Positions 35,652 through 43,900 of a stretch of 64,000 nt of DNA are shown one piece after another. Source of the DNA: Clostridia bacterium (GTDB lineage: Bacteria > Bacillota > Clostridia > Oscillospirales > CAG-272). Each line of letters begins with the position of its first letter. Position 1 is the stretch's first letter. The translations under genes were made by a program, and so were the position numbers. The stretch spans positions 12,399-76,398 of the forward strand of contig JAFTKN010000020.1 in NCBI GenBank assembly GCA_017453255.1. The letters are read 5' to 3'. Under the pieces are notes generated by a model that ran no database searches, was not told the origin of the DNA, and saw nothing but the letters and a program-made list of their open reading frames with translations.

Positions 35652-37151
35652 ATGGGGAATTATAATTCTACTAAAAAAGAGATAAAAAATTACATATGCG
35701 CAAGAACTCCGCTAATCGTAATTGATTCAAGCGAGAGGGAGAGAGTAGAAAGAATGCTCAAGGAGATATCAAGTGAGCTTAATATCGAGCTTCTTTACTA
35801 CACCGACGAAAAAAAGGCTTGTCACCTAAATGGTGGCTCGTCAAGGGATGTTGACGACCCTTTAGCATTTATATCCCAAACCTTTAGGAAAAATAGAAAT
35901 TCCACCTTTGCCTTCGGAGATATTAAAAGAATAAGCGAGGATAATATTTATAGCCGTGAGGTTCTTAATATTCTCTATTTAGCAAAGGAAACAAATTCCA
36001 CTTTGATTTTAATCACAGCTGATAATGTGTGGTCAAGGCTTGCCTCCTTTGGTATGCTTACTACCCTTGATTATCCTGACGTGGACGAAAGAATACACCA
36101 AATTAATCAATTTGTATCACGCTATCGCTCCAGATTTAAAATAAGCTGGGACGAAACAGATATTCGTATGGCTGCAACTCTTATGAGAGGCTTTACAGAG
36201 ATACAAACAGAAAATATTTTATCAACAACTCTTATTACCAATAACGGCTTAGGTAAGGAAAATTTAGCAGAGCTAACAGCTCAAAAGAGCAAGCTTTATG
36301 GTGCAGTTTCCTGTATCCAAGCAGTAAATGTTCCAAAGGGACTTTGTGCATCAGGACTTGAAAATCTCAAAGGCTGGCTACTCGATAAAAGAAGAATATT
36401 CTTCGCATCTGATAGTGAGCTTGAAAGCAGAGATTTAACCACTCCTAAGGGTATTTTGCTTGCGGGCATACCTGGCTGTGGAAAATCCTTATCTGCAAAA
36501 ATGGTCGCTAAGGAATGGAATTTACCATTGTTTAGATTTGATATCGGCTCAGTTTATGACAAGTGGGTTGGTGAGAGTGAAAAGAAAATGAAGGAAGCGC
36601 TTCAATTTATTGATAATGTTGCGCCCTGCGTTTTATGGGTTGATGAAATAGAGAAGGCGCTTTCCACCTCCGATTCAGGAAATGATACAGGAAAGAGAGT
36701 TTTAGGACAATTTCTGTTCTGGCTTCAGGAGTCTAAGAGTAGAGTATTTTTAGTTGCAACAGCCAACGATATATCCAAGCTCCCCTTTGAGCTATTTAGA
36801 AAGGGACGTTTTTCTGAAATGTTCTTCATAGATTTGCCTAACAAGAGGGAGAGAGAGGACACTATCAAGTATTACGTGAACAAATCGCTTCATAAAACCT
36901 TACCAGACGAGGTAATAAACAGCCTTGTTGAAATATCTGAGGGCTATTCCTATTCAGATATTGAATATAGCGTTAAGGAGTGCGCACAGCACGCTTTAAC
37001 CGAGGGTGATGAGGCTATAAATTCACAGCTTATATTAGAAAAATTCAAGAGAATTGTACCTATTGCAAAGGCTAATCCTGAAATGGTAGATAGGATTAGG
37101 GCTTGGGGAACCGAGCATGCAGTAGCAGCATCAAAACAGGAGGAAAAATGA
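35652..37151 (+). CDS. Operon gene G: AAA+ ATPase (classic AAA clade) with an N-terminal domain of about 250 aa lacking Walker motifs
   Basis: Walker A GIPGCGKS (36465-36488). Walker B VLWVDEIE (36630-36653). ..VFLVATANDISKLPFELFRKGRFSEMFFIDLP.. covers sensor-1 and the SRH/arginine-finger region. I prefer the ATG at 35652 behind AGGTG over the GTG at 35643. Confidence 0.85.
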   Translation: MGNYNSTKKEIKNYICARTPLIVIDSSERERVERMLKEISSELNIELLYYTDEKKACHLNGGSSRDVDDPLAFISQTFRKNRNSTFAFGDIKRISEDNIYSREVLNILYLAKETNSTLILITADNVWSRLASFGMLTTLDYPDVDERIHQINQFVSRYRSRFKISWDETDIRMAATLMRGFTEIQTENILSTTLITNNGLGKENLAELTAQKSKLYGAVSCIQAVNVPKGLCASGLENLKGWLLDKRRIFFASDSELESRDLTTPKGILLAGIPGCGKSLSAKMVAKEWNLPLFRFDIGSVYDKWVGESEKKMKEALQFIDNVAPCVLWVDEIEKALSTSDSGNDTGKRVLGQFLFWLQESKSRVFLVATANDISKLPFELFRKGRFSEMFFIDLPNKREREDTIKYYVNKSLHKTLPDEVINSLVEISEGYSYSDIEYSVKECAQHALTEGDEAINSQLILEKFKRIVPIAKANPEMVDRIRAWGTEHAVAASKQEEK

Positions 37152-38884
37152 GTCTTGCAGAATTACAAAATTATGCAAATGCGCTACAAAATCAGGTAAG
37201 ACAGCTCGAAAATGAAAACAGAGAGCTTTTACAAGAGCTTTCCGTTGTTGAGCGTGGAGTTTTAGGCGCTATGAACGAGCTTGAGGCGTTTAACTCCAAA
37301 ATTAGAAATACCTTTGACTATTGCGCAAACTCCATGGCATATTCTCACGACAAGGCAGTACAGTCAATAGTTGTGCAGGGCGAGATAGAGGAGCTTTATA
37401 AGAGATTTAAGCATATAGAGCTTGCTAACAAGAAGATTCGTGCCTGCAACAATAAAAAATATTACGATTTTGCAAACTATAGAGCTGTAAGAAAGATTGT
37501 TCAAGGTATAATGGATAACTTAGACCTTAACATGATAAGCAACCGTACAATTATGAAGGCGGTTGAGGTACAGCATTTGCAAACACCTGATTATTGGCTA
37601 ACCTGTGCATTAATTGCCGTAATGGCATGGAAAAGCGATGATAAAAGACTTGCTGATAGAGCCTTAGCAGAGGCTATCAAGCTTGATAAGAAGAATACAT
37701 CACTATTCTTTATGCTCTTTAATCTTCGTGTAGATAGGGAGGATGCGGCTCTAAAATGGTTTGAGTCCTTCCAGGAATGTGAAATGAAGGGTAGCGACGA
37801 GGATACATTCCTTATGCTCTTTACCCTTATTACAAAAACAATAGCAGATAGAGTTGATGACGGAGCGCAGAATGCTGCTCTTAAGTTCATTAAGAGAATT
37901 TACGATGAGTGTGTAGGCTCTGAGAGCTATGACGAAGGTGCACTCGTTGATAAAATTGAGAGCTTCTATGCTCAAATGATGCCTCATGACGCACTCGAAT
38001 ATCCACTACTTCAAAAGCACCTAACTGACTACAGTCAGCTAACATATCAAATGATGCTTGCTAAGAATAATATTTCTATTCTTGAGTATCTTTTGAAGCT
38101 TGAGGACGTTAAGGATAAGAGAAATAGCTATATTAAGCAATATATCGACCAGCTTGTATTAAGACCTAACGCAACTGAAAAGAGCGTTTATGATGAGATT
38201 GAGTATAACGAATACATAATCAAATATCAGGGCTATGTTGATCAAGCGAAGGAAGCTTATGACGAAATGTGCGCAAAGCGTGAAAGCGAGATTAAGCTTG
38301 TTGATAGCATGGTTGATTGGATTCAAGACGGCGAAAACTCTGAAAAGGTAAACGATTTAGTTAAATTAAATATGTTTACTATGGTTAAGCCACTTGAGGA
38401 AAAGGCTATTGAGAATTATACTGAGGCTTATAGAGCAAGAGTTAATCATAAGCATGGCGTAAAAATCAACGACTATAAAACAACAGTTGATTTCAAGAAT
38501 CAGACAAGCGAAACTCAAAAGGTAAAGGACTTCTATGAGGCTAAAAAGCAGGCAGAATTAAAGACAGTAAAGAATACACCAATTATTCTTTCCTTTATAA
38601 TCGCTGTTTTAACCTGTGCAGGAGCAATCGCTCTACAAATTGCAGTAGGGGGTATGTGGCTCTGGATCTTAGGCTTTACTGGCGTAAGTGCATTAGTAGG
38701 AGTAATTTATATCTTTAAAAACAAGAACAGACGTGGAACTATTATACTAAATTGCGAAAAGGACGCAAACGTAACGGGCGCAATTTTAGAAAAGCTATTT
38801 GTTCAGTATGCTGAATACGAAAAGGAGTATGAGGAATACGACGGATACGCTGAAAGAATAGTAAACGAGCTTGCAAAGATTTAA
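37148..38884 (+). CDS. Operon gene H: coiled-coil protein with a C-terminal TM hairpin, paralog 3 of 3
   Basis: 578 aa from the ATG at 37148, which overlaps the AAA+ stop (ATGA) behind AGGAGG. N-terminus ..LQNQVRQLENENRELLQELS... Core YWLTCALIAVMAWKSDDKRLADRALAEAIKLDKKNTSLFFMLFNLRVDREDAALKWF. TM hairpin at about 38578-38715. Tail ..FVQYAEYEKEYEEY... Confidence 0.8.
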   Translation: MSLAELQNYANALQNQVRQLENENRELLQELSVVERGVLGAMNELEAFNSKIRNTFDYCANSMAYSHDKAVQSIVVQGEIEELYKRFKHIELANKKIRACNNKKYYDFANYRAVRKIVQGIMDNLDLNMISNRTIMKAVEVQHLQTPDYWLTCALIAVMAWKSDDKRLADRALAEAIKLDKKNTSLFFMLFNLRVDREDAALKWFESFQECEMKGSDEDTFLMLFTLITKTIADRVDDGAQNAALKFIKRIYDECVGSESYDEGALVDKIESFYAQMMPHDALEYPLLQKHLTDYSQLTYQMMLAKNNISILEYLLKLEDVKDKRNSYIKQYIDQLVLRPNATEKSVYDEIEYNEYIIKYQGYVDQAKEAYDEMCAKRESEIKLVDSMVDWIQDGENSEKVNDLVKLNMFTMVKPLEEKAIENYTEAYRARVNHKHGVKINDYKTTVDFKNQTSETQKVKDFYEAKKQAELKTVKNTPIILSFIIAVLTCAGAIALQIAVGGMWLWILGFTGVSALVGVIYIFKNKNRRGTIILNCEKDANVTGAILEKLFVQYAEYEKEYEEYDGYAERIVNELAKI

Positions 38885-38885
38885 T

Positions 38886-38926
38886 AAAAAAGAGTGAGAA
38901 CGCATTACCGCGTGCTCACTCTTTTT
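38886..38926 (+). terminator. Strong terminator of the 8-gene operon; left copy of a duplicated sequence (see 45652-45697)
   Basis: AAAAAAGAGTGAGAACGC-ATTACC-GCGTGCTCACTCTTTTT: a 13-bp stem with 1 mismatch, followed by T5. Confidence 0.85.
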
Positions 38927-38934
38927 ATTTAATT

Positions 38935-39468
38935 TTATTTTTTGCAATAAAAATCATTCATCATTTGCTCTGCGTCGATATCATTTAATGAATCATTATA
39001 CTGACTTACTCTTAGCTTAATCTCGTTAATTATTTTTATTCTTTGTTTTCTTGAAAATCCAGCAATCAAAATTTTCTTTCTTTCCCTGCTTTTTAGTAAC
39101 AGTTCAATGTTTGTTCTTAACAGCTTTGTAAGTTTGATTTCTCCTTTTTCGAGAATATTATATTTTTGAATTGGGAAATCATCAGTTTTTCCTGACACAA
39201 TTCTTATGTCGATTATATCTTCGTATTTAACATTAATACAATGTTGAATAGCATTAATCCCATTAAGCTTTCTTTTTTTCTTTAGACCAGGAACAAATAC
39301 GCTATCTTTAGTAAAAGTTATTCGTCCATAATAAATAAAAATAATAATAATCGCAACAAAGAATGCAACACCTATCATCGTTATAGCCATTTCAAAATAC
39401 AGTTCTTTTACCAATCCGATTGTAGCCATTACAATCAAAAAAGCGAGCATGCTGTAAATAAAAAGCAT
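38935..39468 (-). CDS. 2-TM immunity-like protein, paralog 3 (orphan); possibly 5'-truncated by a homopolymer frameshift
   Basis: 177 aa. N-terminal TM pair plus a C-terminal domain ..FSRKQRIKIINEIKLRVSQYNDSLNDID.., homologous to the 39770 and 40396 products. An upstream ATG at 39512-39514 is followed by an A8 tract and is out of frame by one base. Confidence 0.65.
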   Translation of the reverse strand: MLFIYSMLAFLIVMATIGLVKELYFEMAITMIGVAFFVAIIIIFIYYGRITFTKDSVFVPGLKKKRKLNGINAIQHCINVKYEDIIDIRIVSGKTDDFPIQKYNILEKGEIKLTKLLRTNIELLLKSRERKKILIAGFSRKQRIKIINEIKLRVSQYNDSLNDIDAEQMMNDFYCKK

Positions 39469-39534
39469 TCCACAAACATACCATTTATTAAAGTAAAAAA
39501 TAGTTTTTTTTCATTACAAACAACCTTCAAAATT

Positions 39535-39703
39535 TAATTACCATACGCATCAGAAAAACCACTTTGCAGAGTTTCAAATAAGCCATCAAAAAACGTCTTT
39601 TATATATTGTTGAATTACCCAAAAGCTACTAAAGAGCACTTTGGAAAACCCCTACCCACGCATCATATACATATTTTACCATAGTGGTTCCTTTTGTGTC
39701 AAG
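39535..39703 (-). pseudogene. Vestigial Rhs core / toxin-tip fragment upstream of the orphan immunity gene
   Basis: 39655-39703 aligns with 41750-41798 inside the Rhs gene: 27 nt are identical, then about two-thirds match. It encodes ..LDTKGTTMVKYVYDAW.., versus ..LDSEGNTVVKYVYDAWGNH.. in the intact gene. The frame then hits a stop after 8 codons. Confidence 0.6.
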
Positions 39704-39769
39704 TTTGCTATTGAATTTTAAAAAGCGTTGTGATAAACTAAACATATAATTATACAAGGGGGATAACAA

Positions 39770-40366
39770 ATGGAGAAAAGGGTTTTTCGCGCTTGGGAAG
39801 ATACAAGGGTTAAAATTTTTCTGATAGTTACAATTTTTTTAATTCCATTTTTACTTGTATCAAACGCAATGCTTTTTAAAAGTGAATATCAATATCCTGC
39901 TTGGAAAGTAATATATGGAATATGTTCCATTTTTATTTATATAGTTTTTTTAAGCTACTGGGCATGTTGCTTGATATATAAAGTAACGCTCTTACCAGAA
40001 GGAGTTTTATACAAACAAAATACCTTGCAAATTATACCATATAGCCAAATAAGCAAAATCAGATTTATTTATAGCAAAAGAGATGAAAATGGTAATTTTA
40101 TTAAGCCTACCCACATACGCGATAGTAATTATTTAACACCAAAAGCATATACAGAATTTACATTAAATGACGGCAAAATATATAGAATAAGAATTGAAGG
40201 AATGACCAAAAAGCTTACAATTAAAATACTTGAAGAAATAAAGGCTCGCTCCATTGCTTATAACGATGCCCTAAAGGATTTTGATCCAATTAAAACTGTC
40301 AAAAAATCAAAGTTTACCTTTAAAGAACCTAAAGAAAGCTTTATAATTCCAAAAAATTTGCATTAA
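39770..40366 (+). CDS. 2-TM immunity-like protein, paralog 2 (opposite strand)
   Basis: 198 aa. TM pair plus ..GMTKKLTIKILEEIKARSIAYNDALKDFD... It is convergent with paralog 1. Confidence 0.65.
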   Translation: MEKRVFRAWEDTRVKIFLIVTIFLIPFLLVSNAMLFKSEYQYPAWKVIYGICSIFIYIVFLSYWACCLIYKVTLLPEGVLYKQNTLQIIPYSQISKIRFIYSKRDENGNFIKPTHIRDSNYLTPKAYTEFTLNDGKIYRIRIEGMTKKLTIKILEEIKARSIAYNDALKDFDPIKTVKKSKFTFKEPKESFIIPKNLH

Positions 40367-40397
40367 GAAAAGACCTCTTTTAGAGGTCTTTCTTTTT
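40367..40397. terminator. Bidirectional terminator between the convergent immunity paralogs
   Basis: AAGACCTCT-TTT-AGAGGTCTT: a 9-bp stem flanked by an A-run and a T-run. Confidence 0.75.
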
Positions 40398-40965
40398 ATT
40401 TCAATATAACTTTACCATCAATTTGAGGCATTAAAAGCTCTCTAACTAATTGGTTATAGCTTTTTGTTAAATCTGTCCTTCTGTTTATTTGGCTTATTAT
40501 TTTTTCTCTTTGCTTGTCAGAGTAGGGAGAAATATCAAACCACATTGAATCTTCATTCTTTAGAATAAATTCTAAATAAAGATTTATATTTTTAACTTCC
40601 TTATCATTTTCGTCCAAAATGACTTTTTTGTCAGCGTCTTTGTACGAAAAAACTAACTTAACATATTCAATATTAAAATAGAGAATTTTGCATTTATTAA
40701 ACCGATTTTTGGAATTTCCATTATTCACTTTTTGAAGAAATTCTATTTGCTCCTTATTAAATGTTATTTTGATTGCTTTTAAGTAAGTACGTATTGTTGG
40801 AACAATCGGCACAATGAAAAACATAATAGAAAAAATTAAAGCAAATAAGTAAAATTCTTTTTCAATTAAAAAAAGGATAAACGGAAAAAACATAAAGAAT
40901 AAATACGAACAAGCAATAAACATTTTTGATGTTGACATATCTATAGGTCTAAACTTTTTCCCCAT
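40396..40965 (-). CDS. 2-TM immunity-like protein, paralog 1 (cognate position, directly downstream of the Rhs toxin)
   Basis: 189 aa. It starts 11 nt after the Rhs stop. TM pair plus ..YSDKQREKIISQINRRTDLTKSYNQLV... Confidence 0.7.
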   Translation of the reverse strand: MGKKFRPIDMSTSKMFIACSYLFFMFFPFILFLIEKEFYLFALIFSIMFFIVPIVPTIRTYLKAIKITFNKEQIEFLQKVNNGNSKNRFNKCKILYFNIEYVKLVFSYKDADKKVILDENDKEVKNINLYLEFILKNEDSMWFDISPYSDKQREKIISQINRRTDLTKSYNQLVRELLMPQIDGKVILK

Positions 40966-40976
40966 ATAACCACTCC

Positions 40977-43900
40977 TTAATCAACTAATTGTTGCGTAAG
41001 CTTTTCAAAGCCAAATAAAGAATAATAAAATTCTGCAAGACTTGCACCTGCACCATCTTCCAAGCTATCCATTAAGTTTTTACCGAATTGTTTTAGATTT
41101 TTGTTAAACAAAATGGTGTCCAAATCCGAAGAACTACCATCACTGAAGGCAAAGGAAAAGATTCCTGCAAATCCAGATATAATCAATATTTCTTTTGCTG
41201 TGTGATTTTTACCATCAATCCAATTTTCAAATTGCATACTGCCAGCCTTGGTTAAAAAGCCTGATACAAACGCACCCGTTTTATTTAAAAACGAGTTTCC
41301 TAAAAAGCCTAAACCTGCACTGAAAGCTCCACCAAGAGCTCCGCCAACAATACTACCTAAAAATCCACTCCAAGACCAATTCCACTCTCCTGTTATCACA
41401 AAAGAAATAACAGTGCTAGCAGTGTACGAAATTGCACTAGAAATCGCTCCAATGACAGCTCCAACAAGAATTGAAATCAAAAAATTTCCACTTGGATCTA
41501 CATACATAACAGGGTTATTGTTACAGTACGCGTATAGGTTAGTACCACCGATAGTTTCTGGGTCAAGATAGCTAATATCATCAGGTGAGATGAATCTGCA
41601 AATTGTTGGGTCGTAATATCTTGCGTTCAAGTAATATAGCTTTGTTTCAGTATCGTAGTAGTATGAACGATATCTGATTGGGTTAATGCGACCAATATGT
41701 GCTTCATCGGTTATTGCAGCACCATTTGCGTCAAGCACACTATGATTTCCCCACGCATCATATACATATTTTACCACAGTATTACCCTCGGAGTCAAGAA
41801 TTTCGATTACATTACCGAAAATATCCTTGCGATAGAAATATTTTTCTCCCAGATATTCAAAGGCATAAACAGAGGAGTTATTATCGTAGAAAAATTTAAT
41901 TCCGTTTGATTGTCTGAATATCTGATTTTGCATATTGTATTCGTAAGTAATTTCAGAATCTCCTGTCTTTGAAATTCGTCTTCCAAAAGCGTCGTATTCA
42001 AAGGTTATATCACCATAAGATGTAAGCTTTCTTCCTGAGCCCCATTCAAGTGTCTTTCCCTTGTATGCCGTTGGATTGCCTAAGAGGTCATATGTAATTT
42101 CATTTCCGTCAAAAGAAATCAGATTTCCAACCATATCATAACTATAGTTGAATATTTTTCGATATGCGTTACTTTCGTTTAACTCTCGCTCTGATTCAAA
42201 TGAAAAACCATATAATTTTTTTGAAGCAATATTACCCTTGTTATCATAAGAATAGAAAGCTGTAGCATTTAGCCCCCTATTATTTTCTCTAACAAGTCTA
42301 CCGAGTGTATCATATTTATGCTCAACTGTAAGTACACCATTTTCATATATTTTTGTGATATTACCCATTTTATCATATTTATATCTGATGTTGTCACCTA
42401 AAATTAAAGCTTCGCCATTCTTTTTGCTATATTGAATCGCTACAGGTAATTTAGTAGCATGGTCGCCATTTTTAAGATATGTAATATCCTCTGAGTATAT
42501 ATCTTCAACATAATTAGAAATAGTCTTTCCTCTATTTCTTCCTAAGCAGTCAGTTTTTAGCTTATGTGTTGTACCATCGTTTACATAAGTATATTCCTTT
42601 AGATTGCCTAATATATCGTAGGTATATTGATTATACATAGCTCTTGGATTTGTTGTACTGTTAATTGTTTCACAGGAAATTTTTCCGTTAGCAGTATAGG
42701 TATATGTCTGGCTATATATTTCGTTTAACTCACCATCTTCTAAATACTCGTATAATCTTTCAGTTGAAAGCTTTCCACAACTATCATATGTGTACTTAAT
42801 GATATTAACATTTACACCATTTTCTTGTTGAATAATAGAGGTTACTTTACCATTTGAAATGACTTTGATTAACTTTTTAGAGCTTTCACCCTTTATGATT
42901 TCTTTTGTTTCTGTTGTTGGTGAAACCTCATGCTTTTCGATACTGCCGTCTGCATAGGTTACAGTTGTCTTTTCGGTATTTGTTGTATTGTCCTTTTCGT
43001 ATAGGTATTGTGCATATTCATTACCATTTATTGTAACAGAGGTGACTCTATCCTTGTAATCATATGTGTACTCGTATGTATTGCTATCACTAATAACCTT
43101 AGTTAAAAGACCATTTGTATATATTTTTTGAATACTGTTTTCCTCTCCGTCTGCTGTGCTTTGAGTAATTGCAGAGTTGCCATTCATATTGTCAAAGCCA
43201 AAGGAATATCTGCTTCCGTTAGGGTATTTTGTGCTACAAACTGTATTTGTTCCATCAAAATATTCATACATTGTACGATTTTTTCCTAAGAGGTCAAATT
43301 CAGCAATTTTTTGTCCCTTTTCGTTTACCTCAATTTCCTCATAATACTTTGATGATGGATCAAGGGAATTATATGTAATCTTTTTTATCTCGAAGCCGTT
43401 TTTATCGTAAACATGCTCCTCAATATTAATTCCGTTTGCTTTTTCCTCACCCTCTGTATAGCTTTGCTTCTTTAATAGCTGTCCTCTGTCGTTATATTCG
43501 AGCAATACAATATGATTAAGTTCCTTTATTGGACTTGATATATCAGTATATATCTTTTCGTTTGTTACTACTTTTGATACTTGTCCCTTTTCGTTATATG
43601 TGTAGGTTTTGACTATATCCTGCTTATAACCATTGTCAGTATCACTAATTTTCTTATTTGTAACAGCTTCGCTTTTTACTCTGTTAAAGGCATCGAGGGT
43701 TACGGTGCTTTGACACATATTCTCAAACGTCACCGTTTCTCCGTACAAGCCATTTTCCTGAACAGAGGAAACGTTATATTTTCCCATTCCTACATGTTCA
43801 TATTTTTCTGCCTTTGTGTACTTTCCGTTTTCTAACACGCAATGCTCGGTTATTCTTCCGTCTGCATCAAAGGTGTAAGCTTCGACAATTTGTTGCTCTT

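Noticed and set aside
28844-38884. The idea that the 8-gene operon is a type VIIb secretion system serving the Rhs toxin.
   Set aside because: There is no FtsK/SpoIIIE-type EssC ATPase, no WXG100 or LXG protein and no YukD-like ubiquitin fold. The ATPase is a classic AAA. An export role remains only a loose hypothesis (see findings).
41248-41571. A plus-strand 107-aa Pro/Lys/Ala-rich ORF opposite the Rhs toxin tip. It could in principle be an antisense-encoded immunity or antitoxin.
   Set aside because: Its composition is the mirror image of the Gly/Ala-rich tip codons. It has no RBS or promoter. A conventional immunity gene already follows the toxin.
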